Origin: Camelus ferus
Taxonomy: Eukaryota
Direction: 5' to 3'
Assembly (NCBI RefSeq): GCF_009834535.1
Contig: NC_045696.1
Location: 7,628,001-7,692,000, forward strand
Length of the DNA stretch: 64,000 nt
The notes under the pieces: model-generated
Databases searched by the model: none
What the model was told of the DNA's origin: nothing
The model's input: the letters and a program-made list of their open reading frames with translations, nothing else
Translations under genes and position numbers: made by a program
In this document: positions 49,341 through 62,403 of the stretch, piece by piece
How positions within the stretch are numbered: the stretch's first letter is position 1
Layout of the letters: every line of letters starts with the position of its first letter

Positions 49341-50699
49341 TTTTTTCCTTCTCTCCTGAGCGCATGGCAAAGAAGGTGAGTCAGGCTTATGTCGTGTTCC
49401 CGTCAAAGCAGGCCACTAAGGTGCCTGGCTACTTGGACGTTATTTTTACTTAGTGACCCTAAAAATCAAACTATTAAACTTTCAGCTTTAAGAAAAATTA
49501 ACGTCTGGGGATGGAACCCCACCTCTCGTGGATTGGTGCCTTGACCCCAGGGCAGCCTTTGAGCGGAGGAGTCTTGGTCTTTGGAGCACTGCCTAGAATT
49601 TCCTAGGAGGGTGTCCTTTGTGTTACCTCTGATGTGCCTGAACTTCTCATACCAAGGGACAATTTTAGTTTTTGCATACTTAGAGTAGGGAGAGAAACTA
49701 TTGCCACTGTTTTACTGGTCATGATACTTCATGCACCACCTAATTAAGGGTGGTGGCGATACCTATGGTAGAAATAGCAAATGCTCCCGGCTGCAACGTC
49801 CGCACAGCTAAGAGCACTGTTAAATTGCATGTCACAGTACTGACTTCCCTGGAGGTGATGCTTGCCCTCCTTCATGCTGGTTATTCGTCCCCTCCCTGGT
49901 AACTTAACAACAGTGGACCCCCGTTGCCCGAAGCTGAGCAGCAGGCTGGCAGGGGGAAGGGGAGGAGAATGAACGGGTCATCATGAAGGAAGAGGTGTGC
50001 AGTTAATGCCTCGAACAGAAAGTTTGTTGTTGCTAGTTTTTTAAAAAATCACAATCAAAATGGGCAAAAGTTGTTATTAAACCCATTTCCTGTATTTAAA
50101 AAAAAATTGTGGTTGAAGAAAATAGAAGCATAAAAAATCAAGTCCATGTAAGCTTGAAAAGAAACCTGCAGCGGTGGATTTGCACATCGGCCTTAATTGG
50201 CCCAATTGACCTTCTCTGCTGTATTTACAATTGCCTTAAAATTGTAAGCAGATGTTTGAAACCCCTTCTTTAATAGGTCTGCAACATCTGTTTCACCAAC
50301 ACTGCTGCCCACCAAAGCAGTCGTAATTAGGGAGCACCTAATGCATACATCTTTCCTTATGGACCCAATCGATCGGATTTCTCCCTGAGGTATTATAGTC
50401 GACCCTTATTCTCGCTTTTATTTGAATACACTTTGTGTTATATTTTCTTACACAGAAGAACAGTCTACCAGCCCAGTTTAAAATAGAAAAACCAAGATGG
50501 CTTTTCTCCATAATGAATTTTTAAATGTGTCTATACAGTCACTAATAATGGGTGAACAGTGTTTGCATATTTAATTGTAAACCCTTGAAAGTGTGCAAAA
50601 GCTTTTGTTCTTTCCTGCTGCTCCTGTGTTCCAAAATGGATTTTTCCTGCAAAACCAGCAAAGTGAAATGTGAAAATCTTAAAAGCTGGGAAGGAGCAT

Positions 50700-51035
50700 T
50701 ATTTATTTTATTTTTTAATTAATAACCTTCATTTCTTAGAGCAGTTTTAGGTTTATAGAAAAACTGAACAGAAGTACAGAGTTCCTATAATACTCCCTGC
50801 CCCTCCACTCTAGTTCCCCGGTTGTTAACATCTTAGTGTGATACATTTGTTATAACTGATGGACCTATATCAACCGATGCCTTATTATAATTATAAGCAC
50901 ATCATTTACATTAGAGCTCACTCTTTGTGCTGTACATTCTATGGGTTTGGACAAATGTATAATGACATGTATCCACCATTACAACATAATACAGAATGTT
51001 TTCATTGCCTTCGAAATTCCCCTGTGCTCCATCTA
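50700..51035 (-). mobile_element. L1MC1/2-type 3' end
   Basis: ttagagcagttttaggtttatagaaaaactgaacaga, ttctatgggtttggacaaatgtataatgacatgtatccaccattaca. Confidence 0.85.
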
Positions 51036-51279
51036 GGGGAGGGAGCATTATTGACTGGAATATTCTTACATGAGGATGTGTTTACTTTAAAAATAAATTA
51101 TTTCTCATGCATAGTGGTCCAAAGAAATAGTCATTTTGTTGTTTTAGAACTGAATGTACAAAATTTCAGAGAGCTTGATTTTTTTCATGTGGTCTATATT
51201 TGAAAATAACTTTGCTCCATACCAGTTTGACTAAGGCTGATATGGTATGATGTATACCTGATAATTAGAAAATTCTGTA

Positions 51280-51576
51280 CAGAAACAGACTTATAGACAT
51301 AGAATACAAACTTGTGGTTGCCAAGGGGGAGGGGGATGGGAAGGGACAGACTGGGAGTTCAAAATTTGTAGATACTGACAGGCATATGTAGAATAGATAA
51401 GCAAGATAATACTGTATAGCACAGGGAAATATATACAAGATCTTGTGGTAGCTCACAGTGGAAAAAAATGTGACAATGAATATATGTATGTTCATGTATA
51501 ACTGAAAAATTGTGCTCTACACTGGAATTTGACACAACATTATAAAATGACAATAACTCAATAAAAGTTAAAAAAA
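51280..51576 (+). mobile_element. Young 5'-truncated lineage-specific L1 (3' UTR only)
   Basis: cagaaacagacttatagacatagaatacaaacttgtggttgccaagggg...ctcaataaaagttaaaaaaa; perfect 13-bp TSD agaaaattctgta at 51267-51279 and 51577-51589. Confidence 0.93.
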
Positions 51577-52164
51577 AGAAAATTCTGTAAATTGCTAGCA
51601 TTCATGTCAGTTGCTTACACATAAATGATTCTTTCAAAGAGTAATTTCTTTAAAGTTGTATCTTTAATGTGGACACTTATTTTAAATGATTTGCCCGAGG
51701 TAAGATGTGTTTAATAGAATGGGTTTGATGTCAGTAAGTTCCTTTTAGCTCTGTATCCAGAGGAGTGTCTTTTACCTGAGAATTCCCTCCATACAGATGA
51801 CAGCTGAAGTCTAGAAAAGGAGAACTATGCCAGGGAAGAGTGCCCAGCCTCAAGCATGTGAAAAGCCACAGAATGATAATGATGCCAGCCTTAAAAATGA
51901 GTGAGGAAATCACAGGTCGTGGGGAGAGGCATCTGGCCTGTGTACCCTTTTTTTTTCTCCTGTGAGTTTAAAAAAAATTTTTTTTTGGTATATATATGTA
52001 TTTTTATTGAAGTGTAGTGAGTTTACAGTGTTGTGTGCCCGCGTGCCCTCCTGACAAATAGTTAGGTTGGTGTAGGTCTGCGGCAGGGATTAGAGTGCTT
52101 GGGGAGGTCCCAAGTACGTGGCCTTGAGCGCCGTGCAAACTTTTTGTCTTTGTCAGCGGTACAG

Positions 52165-52780
52165 GTAGATTTTTGAAAAAGTGTTAGTGAAGTATAATAT
52201 GTGTACAAGAAAGTGTACATATCCTAAAGGTAGCACTTGAAGTTTTACAAACCAAACTACTGCATGTAACCATATCAGGAAATAGAGCCGCTTGGCACCC
52301 CAGAGGTACCTGTCACGGTCCCTTCTGGTCACTGTTCTTCAAGGGGCACTATCTTGACTTCTGGCACCGTCTTAGTTCAGCCTGGTTTTGTACTTGATAG
52401 AAATGGAAGCATACACTATGGACTCTTTTCCGTTCATCTGTGGCATTGCATAGCTTAGTTTATTCATTCTTATTGCTGTTAAATACTCCATCTGGTGGAC
52501 ATTCCACAGTTTATCTGTCCTACTGTTATTGGTGGGCATTTAGGTTGTTTCTGGTTTGGGGTGTTATGAATAGTGCTGGTTATGAGTAGTCTGGTTCTTT
52601 TGGTGAACACGTGTAATCATTCCTGTTGAGTATATGCCTATGAGTAGAATCGCCGTGTTGTAAGGTTTGCGTATGTCAGCCTGAGTAGTTTTCTGCTCAG
52701 CCTGACAAACCGTTTTCCAGCCAGCCATGTGCGAGAGTCCAGGGTCAGCAGGCTTTCACGATCGGCACTAGTATTCTTGC
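52165..52780 (-). mobile_element. L1ME-type 3' fragment
   Basis: tgaagtataatatgtgtacaagaaagtgtacatatcctaa, tggtgggcatttaggttgtttctggtttggggtgttatgaatagtgctg. Confidence 0.7.
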
Positions 52781-53954
52781 TTGACGCCCCTGTGTTATCA
52801 ACAACAAGCATTTCTAGGATGCCCCGCCTCCCCGGAGCTGTGAGACAGAGCCCAGCCAAATGCGGCACAACTGATGTTTGTAATTGCCCACCATGGGCCA
52901 GGCACTGTGCCAAGGGCTTTCACATGTGTTAGTGCACAAGACTCAAAAACTGTATTATCTCCATTTTACCGATGAGAGGGCTGCAACTAAGATGATGTAA
53001 TTCATCCAAGTTCTTAAATACAGTAGTAGATTTGGGTCTACTAAAGACAGACCCTAATCCAGCCTAGGCTGTTGACTCCTATGTTCCTAGCTGCCAAATT
53101 GTGTAGTCTTTGCCTTTGCCGTATTTAAGCACTGGTTAAATCCTCCTGCCTTCCCAAGAAGTTGCAGTATATGACTTCTGCGTAAGATGGTGGAGGCTGT
53201 AAACTTTATCCTTTACTCGGGCCTCATTTTACTCCTACATAACATTTTACATTACTGTAAATAATCATAATAGTAAGTAATGTACTGATGGTTTGGGGCT
53301 ATTTACAATCAAACTTTAATGAACTCTAGACTTTCACAAACATCATAAATTGTTACTAATATCTGGACAATGGCTTATTTTTTTGTTTTGCTTGCAGTTG
53401 GAACAATGACATCAAAAGCCAACAGAATACCCTTTGTTGACACATTCAACCCATTAAAATTTAAGTATATGCCAACTAAGTTTAAATATTTTTGGCAAAT
53501 TAAGAAACACCTTTAATTTATGACAGTATGATGGAAGATAAATAAATGCCCCCCAAACTTTTTGTGGGTGTGCCTAAGTCTTTATCATTTTTTATTGAGA
53601 TATAATTCATGTATGAAATTCATCCTTCTTAATCAATTTTATCTTTATATTGCTTCCCCATCCCTCTTGAAAATGAAAATCTTAATGGACTTTTAAAAAT
53701 GAGATGACAATTTTAATTTAAAAGCAATATTGTAATTTAGCCAGTATTTCTTTCTCATAGTATAGGAACATTATTTTATAATCTCCTATCTTTACCATGA
53801 TGAAAAGTCACTACTTAGTTTTAGTTTTAAAATATGTCAGACATTTGTCATTTTTGCATTTCATAATTTTACTACACAGAATCTAAAAATACTTCAAAGG
53901 AAATTATCAATATTAATAACATCTTAATATACTAAGATTCAGATGAAAAAACAT

Positions 53955-54185
53955 TTTTATTCTTATTTTGTATTGAAGTGTAGTCAGTTTACAAAGTATC
54001 AGGTGTACAGCAAAGCAGTCCAGTTATACATATGGATACATGCATGTATATTTTCAGTTTCTTTTCCATTACGTCTCATTACAAGAGATTGAATATAGTT
54101 CCCTGTGCTATACAGTAGGTCCTTGTTGCTTATCTATTTTATATATAGTAATGTGTATCTGTTAATCCCAAACTCCTGATTTTTT
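53955..54185 (-). mobile_element. Laurasiatherian/artiodactyl L1 3' UTR fragment
   Basis: attgaagtgtagtcagtttaca...ttgaatatagttccctgtgctatacagtaggtccttgttg...ctgttaatcccaaactcct. Confidence 0.85.
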
Positions 54186-55088
54186 AAATACTTGTATATT
54201 TCTCCATAAAGAGTGTTTTTTGAGTTTCCATCTATGTTTGTGGAAGCAATACTGCTTCAACAGTAAAGGTAGATTGTGTTTATTTTTTAATATCTACTCA
54301 CTTGTTCTAGAGATAAGTAATTTTTATATTTGGGACTAGTAATTTTTGCCTTAAACCAAATTTAAGTGTTGAGCAATGTGTCTACCTCAGTTCTATGATT
54401 ATGTAAAAGTTAGTGATAAAATTTGTACTAGGATAAGTAAATCTCTAAGATGTTACAGGTTTCCTAAATCAACCCAAGCATACTGTCTGTGTTCTTGAGC
54501 TATTTAAAATCCTTAATAGGATAAGATTCTTAACCTGTATGATAGTAACAGAGTCTTATCGAAGATGAGAGTTTACTTATATTTTGAGATTTTTTTTCTC
54601 CCCTCAAAAGCACTTATAAAGTTGTCCTAGCAAGTTACAAGTGGCCCTTTTATAAGCTAAATAACACTTTTGTTATTCAGTAATCTTGGCATTCAGTGAA
54701 ATAAATGTTATCTTTACAACTTACCATTCAAGTTAGTAGGCATTTTGAGTTTTAACTTGTGTTAATCTAGTTGGGTTAGAAAACACATATAATCATTGCA
54801 GATAAGTATTTGGGTATGAGGAGTTCTTTGTATCTTAAAACACTGTGAAATTTTCAAAAACATGTATGTGAGATATTAGTAATGAGCTGGACCATCTTAT
54901 GTGAATTTTTGACTTAGATCTCTTCTGTCATGTGCTGATTAATTTCCTTTGCCCACGTTTTGAGTATTGTCTTTGATGATCATCTACCTTGTGTATGACT
55001 CATCCTTTCAGGCATCCAGTGGTCCCTTGCTGTCATCTGTTCTCTCAGTAGTCCTTCCTTCTCTGGGCTACCTACCTCTTCTACCTCC

Positions 55089-55352
55089 TTTTTTTTTTTT
55101 TGAATTGAAGTATAATTAACTTATATTAGTTTCAGTTGTACAACATAGTGATTCAGTATTTTTACAGATTATAGTCCATTAAAATTATTATAAGATAATG
55201 GCTCTAATTCCTTGTGCTATATAATATGTCTTTGTTAGCTTATCTATTTTATTCATATCTGTTAATCCCATATCCCTAATTTGCCCTTCCTGCCCTCCCT
55301 CTCCCCTTTGGTAACCACTAGTTTGTTTTCTGTATCAGTGAGTCTGTTTTTT
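55089..55352 (-). mobile_element. Laurasiatherian/artiodactyl L1 3' UTR fragment
   Basis: T-tail, gtacaacatagtgattcagtattt...cccctttggtaaccactagtttgttttctgtatcagtgagtctg; possible TSD tacctcct. Confidence 0.85.
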
Positions 55353-55888
55353 CTTTTACCTCCTCTTCAGAACTGCACCTTATAATAAAGCAGAAGTGTG
55401 GTTGTGTTTCTATATAGGAAGAAAAGCAAATTCTCACAGATAATGAGTCCTTATAACGTGTATGAGGGAGATTTCAGAGTCAGGCATCTTCCCAGACAGC
55501 TTCGTAATATGTGAATCTATGAAAGACGGTCAACAATTTCAGATTCATTTCTGGAAGGCAGCTATCCACATCTGACTGAAACAAGCCCCTTTGAATCCAG
55601 TATTTACTAAAGCAACACTGAAAAATGTGTTTTGTTTTTGTTTTTTGAAGTGAACATGCTAATTCTGTCCACTGAGCTCTTGTGTCTTTTCAACCATGGG
55701 TATTTGTGCAGCATTGAATATGTGGAGCAGTACCCATCTTCAGTCCTACTTAATATAACTGTACAGACCAAAGGCTTAGATTGCTCTGAAGATGGGATTG
55801 TTTGTCCCCATTACTGTTTAAGTGATGTTCTTTGCTGCTTAGAAATGAGACTTATCTGTGAAAAGAGAGTTTATCTATGTATCTGGAT

Positions 55889-56331
55889 TGTATTAGTTTC
55901 TTGGGGCTGCTGAAACAAATGACCACAACCTGAGTGGCTTAAAACAACAGAAAACTGTTCTCCCACAGTTCTGGAGGCCAGAAGTCCCAAGTCAGGGTAT
56001 CAACAGGGCGATGCTTCCTTTGGAGTCTCTAGAGGAGTATCTTTGCATCTTCCACCTTCTGGTAGTTCCTGGCGTTCTATGGCTTGTAGAGTCATCATTC
56101 TAGTCTTTGCCTCTGTCTTCATGTGGCCTTTTCTGTGTCTGTGTCTTCTCTTCTGCCTCTTAAAAGGACATATGTCATTGTATTTAGAGCCCACCCTGGG
56201 ATTCTCACTTCAGGATTTTTAATCACATCTCCAAAACCCTTTTTCCAAATAAGAAAACATTCACAGGGTCTGGGTATTAGGACATGGACATATGTTTTGG
56301 GGGAAGGGAGGGCCACAATTAGCCCACTACT
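55889..56331 (-). mobile_element. MaLR solo LTR, MLT1C-like
   Basis: tgtattagtttcttggggctgctgaaacaaatgaccacaacctgagtggcttaaaacaacaga...cccttttccaaataag...attaggacatggacatat. Confidence 0.88.
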
Positions 56332-59300
56332 GTAGGAAGGAAAACTTGCATGACTAAGAAGCTGACAGCAGGACGGGAGATGGAATATCACTGGCCAGTT
56401 TCCTGGGAGGGTAGAAGCTTGCATCCTGGCACTGGTGCAAGGAGAACTCAGGCAGCTTCGAAATGAAACTACAGCTTAGGTTACACTAGTCAACTAAAAA
56501 TGGGATGACATGACCTAAAAATAGTCCTAAGTATTCTCTGGCTTTACAATTGGCTCAGATTCTATGTTACTTGAAAAGTGTGGAAAGAAAAACTTGGAAA
56601 ACTATCAACTGCATAAATGGGCATCACCTAAGGGTTATTCAGATTCTGGCTTTGTTTCAGGAAACATATTCATTTTGTTTTCAATTTACATTTTGTTGCT
56701 GTTCCCTCACCCCGACCCCACAGCCCCTAGTGTGAGTACTTGGTTAGCTGCTCGACATGTCAGGGTTTCAGCAGGGGCTGGGCTGTACTGAGCCTGTGAA
56801 GACAAAAGTGGCTTTCATGATAGAGCTCGCAACAACGTTCATGATTGCAGCTGACTTGCACATTTCTCTAAAATTATACTTTTATGAAAAACCAACTCCT
56901 CTGATGTGTAAAAATTACCACTCATTTCTTCCCCATTTGACTGCCATGGATCTTACTAATTTTGTTCTTCTATGGGCTAACAGTACTGCGAAATAATTTT
57001 TTTTTTTAAACAAATACCATTCCATTTCTGCCGATAATTTTGTGTGTTTGAGATTAAGGAGTTGTGATACTTGCACCCATTGGATAAGTTAAACTTTAAT
57101 GCCCTCTTGATTAATAAAGTTTTTTCACTGGGATTTATCATTCAACCTCAGCCTCTTTCATTCTGTTTGGACTTTTCCTTGATGCGGAGTTGGCCAAGAT
57201 GCTGTCTTTTGCATTGTATTTTTAAATGTCTAAAACTTGTTACAGTGTGTATTTGGGAGGATTTTGAATTGCATATTAGAAGTTTCTATCTAAAAGGATC
57301 CTCAGATTATAAAATTTATATAACATAATACACAGTATTTGTAATGCTTTATATCTTCACAAAACCTTTATAAATAGCTTTCTGAACAATAAGCAGATCA
57401 AATCCCAGTGCTAAGAACATCAAGGTCTATCCATTTTGTGTACATTTATCATCATTCAGCAAACAGTTTTAGTATAGTTTCTACCATAGGGAAAAAAAAG
57501 CTTATTAGCTCATTCCTTAATACTTACTGCCTTTTTTTTTTTTTTTTTTAAAGCACCAGGATTTTCCCTATACTGGTAAGCAAAATAGTTTTTCTGTCTT
57601 AGCCTCGGGGTGAGCATAGTTCCTGATCCTGTTTTGCAATAGGAGAAGATGATTAACTTGCCTGGATAGACAGCTTGCCTGTGGAGGACTGTGGAGCCCT
57701 CTGAGTGTGTTCCAGAATAATCTTGTGATAGTGGCTAGAAGGAGTGGTGGATGGACTCAGGGATTTTTTTTGGAGACTGTGTCACTAATCCAAGCAAACC
57801 ATAATAAGGATGAGAATTCAGACAGTGGCACTGGGGATAGGAGCCAGGAAGAAGCCGTGGGCATCTTTGTATGACATATTGAGTAAGAAGACAAGTCAGA
57901 TGTGGGCATGCTTGGCTAGAGGATAAAGATAAGCCAAGTGACTCCTGGTTGGATTAAAGAAATGGAAATTAGCTCTTTGTAGCAGTGGCTAAAGCATGGG
58001 AAGCCCACAGAAAGCTTCAGAAAGAGGGCACCCCTCTGACCTGCCTGAAGAGATATTTTCATCTGAAAATGACCTGGCCCTGATGATTGCTGGCAAAACA
58101 TGACATCTTTATAGTGGCTAATTAGACCACTCCAGGGACATGTCTGCCCAGGAACAGCTGATGCAGGGTGTGCAGGGACACTGTACTCCTATGACACCTG
58201 ATCCCACCAGCCCTGGATTGGGAGACATGCCCAGGTCCATAAACACGTGGGAGCAGGGAGGCCTGGTGTGGCCTTGCTTAGGGAGAGAGGCCCCAGAGAA
58301 AGGACCACTTCCCCCAGGTCTTGTACTGAGTGGGTATCACCCTGTAGTTCAGGGCGGCTGTCAGAACTGTATTTGGATTTATGGGCTAGGGAGGGGCTGA
58401 GTTATAAAATTACTGCTTACAACTGTAATCTAGAGAAATTGTGACTTTACAGCTTTGACATATGCTCTGGATTTAATCTTACTGCTAATAAAATACATTT
58501 TAGTTGTCATTTGGTTTTAATCAAAATTTTGACCCAAAAGGTGATAGCTATGATTGCTGTTTTTGCTGTCTGGTTTCTGTGGGATTCATATAGGAGTATT
58601 CAGTACTGGAAAGCTTCTTGGCGCCATAAAACTCTTGACATAATATGAAATTAAAGTCTTTGTCACAATATTTAGGAAAAACAAAACTTGTGAGTTGCTT
58701 TACTGATAATCTGAGTCAGACACCTTGAAATCCCCTGGCTTTAAATCTTGGAAGCAGTTGCCTGTTCTGTTGTAAATGGCTCCTCCCCAGTCCTTGGGTT
58801 CCCTGTGGGGTTCTGCAAGGCCAGGACACTGGAGATGGGTGAAAGGATGCTGAAGACCTCCATTCAGGCATCCAGGATAGTGGTCCTCTTGAGAAGACTG
58901 CCAGCGGACAATGCAGCCCTCCACCGGTCACAGGTCATTACTCTTTTCTTAAGAGCTTGTTCTTGTTTCTCAACCTGAAAAATTATTGTTGAACTGAAGC
59001 CTTAGAAGTGTTTGCTGGGAACTGCCTTTGCATACATAGCCTCACTCTGCTGCTCCACCCAAAGCCCAAGGACATACTCCTACAGGGTCACGCTTGTGCT
59101 TGGGTTCGCTCCCGGTATTCTCGCGATAGGTCACGTTCACCCTTGCGTGTTCTCTCAGTAAGTGACTCACGCTTGGTCTTTCTCGCGATAGGTCACGCTC
59201 GCCCCTGGTCTCGCTCAGGCTCCGCCACTCTTGCGATGGGTCGTTCTCCGGCTCTTGTCTCGCCCGTGGTTGGGCACGTTCATGCTCAGTTACTTTCTTT

Positions 59301-60149
59301 TCTTTTCATATACACCCCTTCACAATTAGAGAAGAAAATTTGCTTCCACATTTGGAATCAGGTAACCTCAACGTGAAGAAACTATGTGACTATTAAGTAT
59401 TAATGAAGCGCCAATGTGTGTCCAATGATAATACTAAATCATAGCAGATTCTTCATTCTGGACAAACGTGAAGGAGAATCTTTTCTTTTCAAAACTTAGG
59501 CCCACAGTTTGTGGGCTAATTTTGACTCTGGAAATATTTTCAAGATGCGGATATTTCAGTTATTTCAAGCTGCAGTAATTTTGATGTGGGAGTCTTTGAT
59601 CCCATACTTTCCTTCTTACCTTGGAAGTTCCGTTTGTTTTAGGCTTGGCTATCACCCTGTCCTCTTCTTTTCATTCTAGTTATTTTAATACTGTGTTTTG
59701 CCTTGACTGAGTATTGAAATGTCCATATCCAATCAGTGCCCAGATCAAATATTTTAAAATATATTTGTTTCTAAAGTTTGTTAAACTGTTTCCTAGTTTC
59801 TTTGGTTCTGTACACCCTCTGTGTCTCATGGTAACCTCCAAGGGGAGAAAGTTCACTTTTTTTGCTCTTTCAGAAACTGGGAAATAAAGAGCACACTCTT
59901 GTGCTTTCTTTAATCATCCAAATATTGAAACCAAAAGTTGGGTGCTCAGAGAAGGTGGCTGTGAACCTGGTAATGCTTGACACCCCTTTTGAGGTTCATT
60001 CTGCAAGTAAGGACTGTCGTTTGAGGGAACATGTTTTCCTATCTTTGAGGACACATTTTATTGACTCTTGAGTTAGCATAATATTCATTTCTTAAATGAA
60101 AGAAAGCAATTTAAAAATACTGTTTTGGCAAAGTGAACAAGGAGCTAGG

Positions 60150-60325
60150 GAATGACTGTCAAAGTTAGATCTGTGCCTCTTCCACTTAACTAGCTGTGTG
60201 ACTTTGGGCAGGTTACTTAACCTCTCTCTACCTCATTCTCCTTATCTGCAAAGCGAGGAAAATGTATTGTGAGTATTAAATGAGCAATGGCTGTAAAATG
60301 CTCAGAACCATGCCTGGCATGTGCT
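60150..60325 (+). mobile_element. MIR
   Basis: ccacttaactagctgtgtgactttgggcaggttacttaacctctct...gtattaaatgag...ctcagaaccatgcctggca. Confidence 0.8.
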
Positions 60326-61949
60326 AATCTACCTGTGGCCACAGGAATCCTTGTCTAGGCTGCAGGTGGGGTTGGAGAGCTCTAGCCATCACTTACGTTA
60401 CTGTTTTCATGTTTAACCAGCTGTCTTCAGACATCTGAGTCACCTGTTAAGGAGCAGAGCTTAGTTGTGTGATCTATATTAGATCCTTCATCTGGATTCT
60501 CTAGTGTGATAGTCTGCCTGCTGGGATTCCAGTCAAGTAGACAGTAAAGTAAATCCCTGCATCCTTTTCTTTCCATCCTCTTCCTCCTCATCAGGTATTC
60601 CTTTTACCTTTTTGCCCTTTCATTAGGTTATAGTCCTGAGCACATAAAAAGTCAGAAGATACATAGTAGCAGCAACCTGTCTGGCTGGGACTTTCTTGCT
60701 TGGCTTTAAAGGACCAGGTCTTCGATATCTAATTGAGCCTAAATGCCAATTTATGTGCAAGAACACATCTCTCAGGGAATTGAGAGGAGTTGATCTTTCC
60801 CTTCCACTGTGGTGATAGAAACGCAGAACATGTAAGCTGTAAAAGCATGGCTGTGTCCTATATCTTAGGCTGCTTGTCTTCTGTCCAATCAATTATCGTG
60901 ATACTGTTAGATCGAGGGTGGGGCGCAAGTCATTGGGGAGCATTACTAGTGAGATTTCTGAGAATCGGTGGTTCAGAAACCAGCTCTGGAACTGAAAGTA
61001 AGAAACTGTATGTTTTTTTTTAAAGGTTTAAAATATATTCTCTTCTACATACTAAGAACACCGAACTCTGAAGTACTCAATAGCTAAATATAACATTTTT
61101 CAGTTTCCAGAAAAAGTCATTCTTCTGATACAAGAACTTTATTTTTATATTCTGAAAGTTTTAACTTCTTTCCCACTCTCAGGCTATCCTCAAAGATTTC
61201 TGCTACTTTAGTTTTCCTTAAAAATTTTTGATAGAGCTTGAAACAAGTTTTGAGAAAAAAGTTTCGTATAACCTGTCATGTGTTCATTTAGCTATTTGAG
61301 AATGTGCGTTGTAGTTAAGATAACTCTGGGCCTCTATTTAATATCAGGAAACAATATTCAGGGAAGACTGTAGACACTTCTAGTTGATGGTGCAGTCTGT
61401 ACACATGATCATCTTCTCTCCTTGAGCCCCCAGTGAAAGGACTGCATGAGAGTAAGAGTTAAACATTTACAGCATCATGAAACGTCAGAGATGGTCACAA
61501 GCAGATGATAGTTAAACCGTTTTGCAGAACGTAGAAAGCAGAAGAAAGAGTCATGGCTGGTGAAGCCTAGGTACACGTGCAGATCTCACTGTGGAGGGAG
61601 TCCCAGCAGAGTCCTCACCAGCTCCAGACTTGGGGTGTATCTACTGTGAGGGCTGAAAGCAGGGGACCCAGTTATATTCTCAATTGTCAGTGCCCCCACC
61701 TTCCTCTGCCTCCATGGCAGAAATGGCAGGTAGTTTTACCCCAAGTAAAATACCTATCTTTAAAGAAATTGAGTGACTTTCTGTTGTTACCTTAGGCAGT
61801 TAGCCTGGTATTGGTATCTCAAAGAAGCATATCTCTCTACATAGATATTTTGACAAGAAACATGAAATTTCTGAATCAGAGAACAGGACTTGGGTTGCTC
61901 ACAGGGCTGCTTAGTGCTCCCGCCCCCACGGGACAGCACAGGAAGACGC

Positions 61950-62153
61950 TGACATTAGTTTGCCAGGGCTGCCATAACCAGCTATCATTCGTTCAGTGGC
62001 TTAAACCACAGAAATTTATTTTCTGACAGTTTCTCAGGATAGAAGACTGAGGTCAAGTTGTGGGCAAGGTTGGTTCCTTTTGAGAACCATGAGGGAAGTC
62101 CTCTCTCTTTGGCTTGTGGATGGTCACCTCCCTGGGTCTTCCCGTTGCCTTCC

Positions 62154-62199
<46 letters not shown>

Positions 62200-62403
62200 A
62201 TCTGTCCATCTGTGTCCAAATTTACTCTTTGTATAAGGACACCAGTCATAGTGGATTAAGATCCACCCTGACAACCTTACTTTAACTTAATCCCATCCGT
62301 AAAGACCTTGTCTCCAAATATAGTCATATTCTAAGATACTGGGGGTTAGAATTTAAACATTATGAATTTGGCAGAGAGTGGGGCACGCAAACAGCTCTTA
62401 ACA
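61950..62403 (-). mobile_element. MaLR solo LTR, MLT1B-like, containing a TG microsatellite
   Basis: attagtttgccagggctgccataac...gtggcttaaaccacagaaatttattt...tataaggacaccagtcat...tctccaaatatagtcatattct. Confidence 0.88.
62157..62196. repeat. (TG)20 microsatellite
   Basis: Perfect dinucleotide run. Confidence 0.95.

Noticed and set aside
59008..59376. ORF with SR-like peptide RSRYSRDRSRSP
   Set aside because: By-product of the CpG-rich degenerate repeat; no RRM or retrocopy hallmarks (poly-A, TSD).
60560..60600. Pyrimidine tract + CAG|GTATTC as a recursive splice site
   Set aside because: The regenerated donor GTATTC is weak compared with the 3086 and 4909 motifs.
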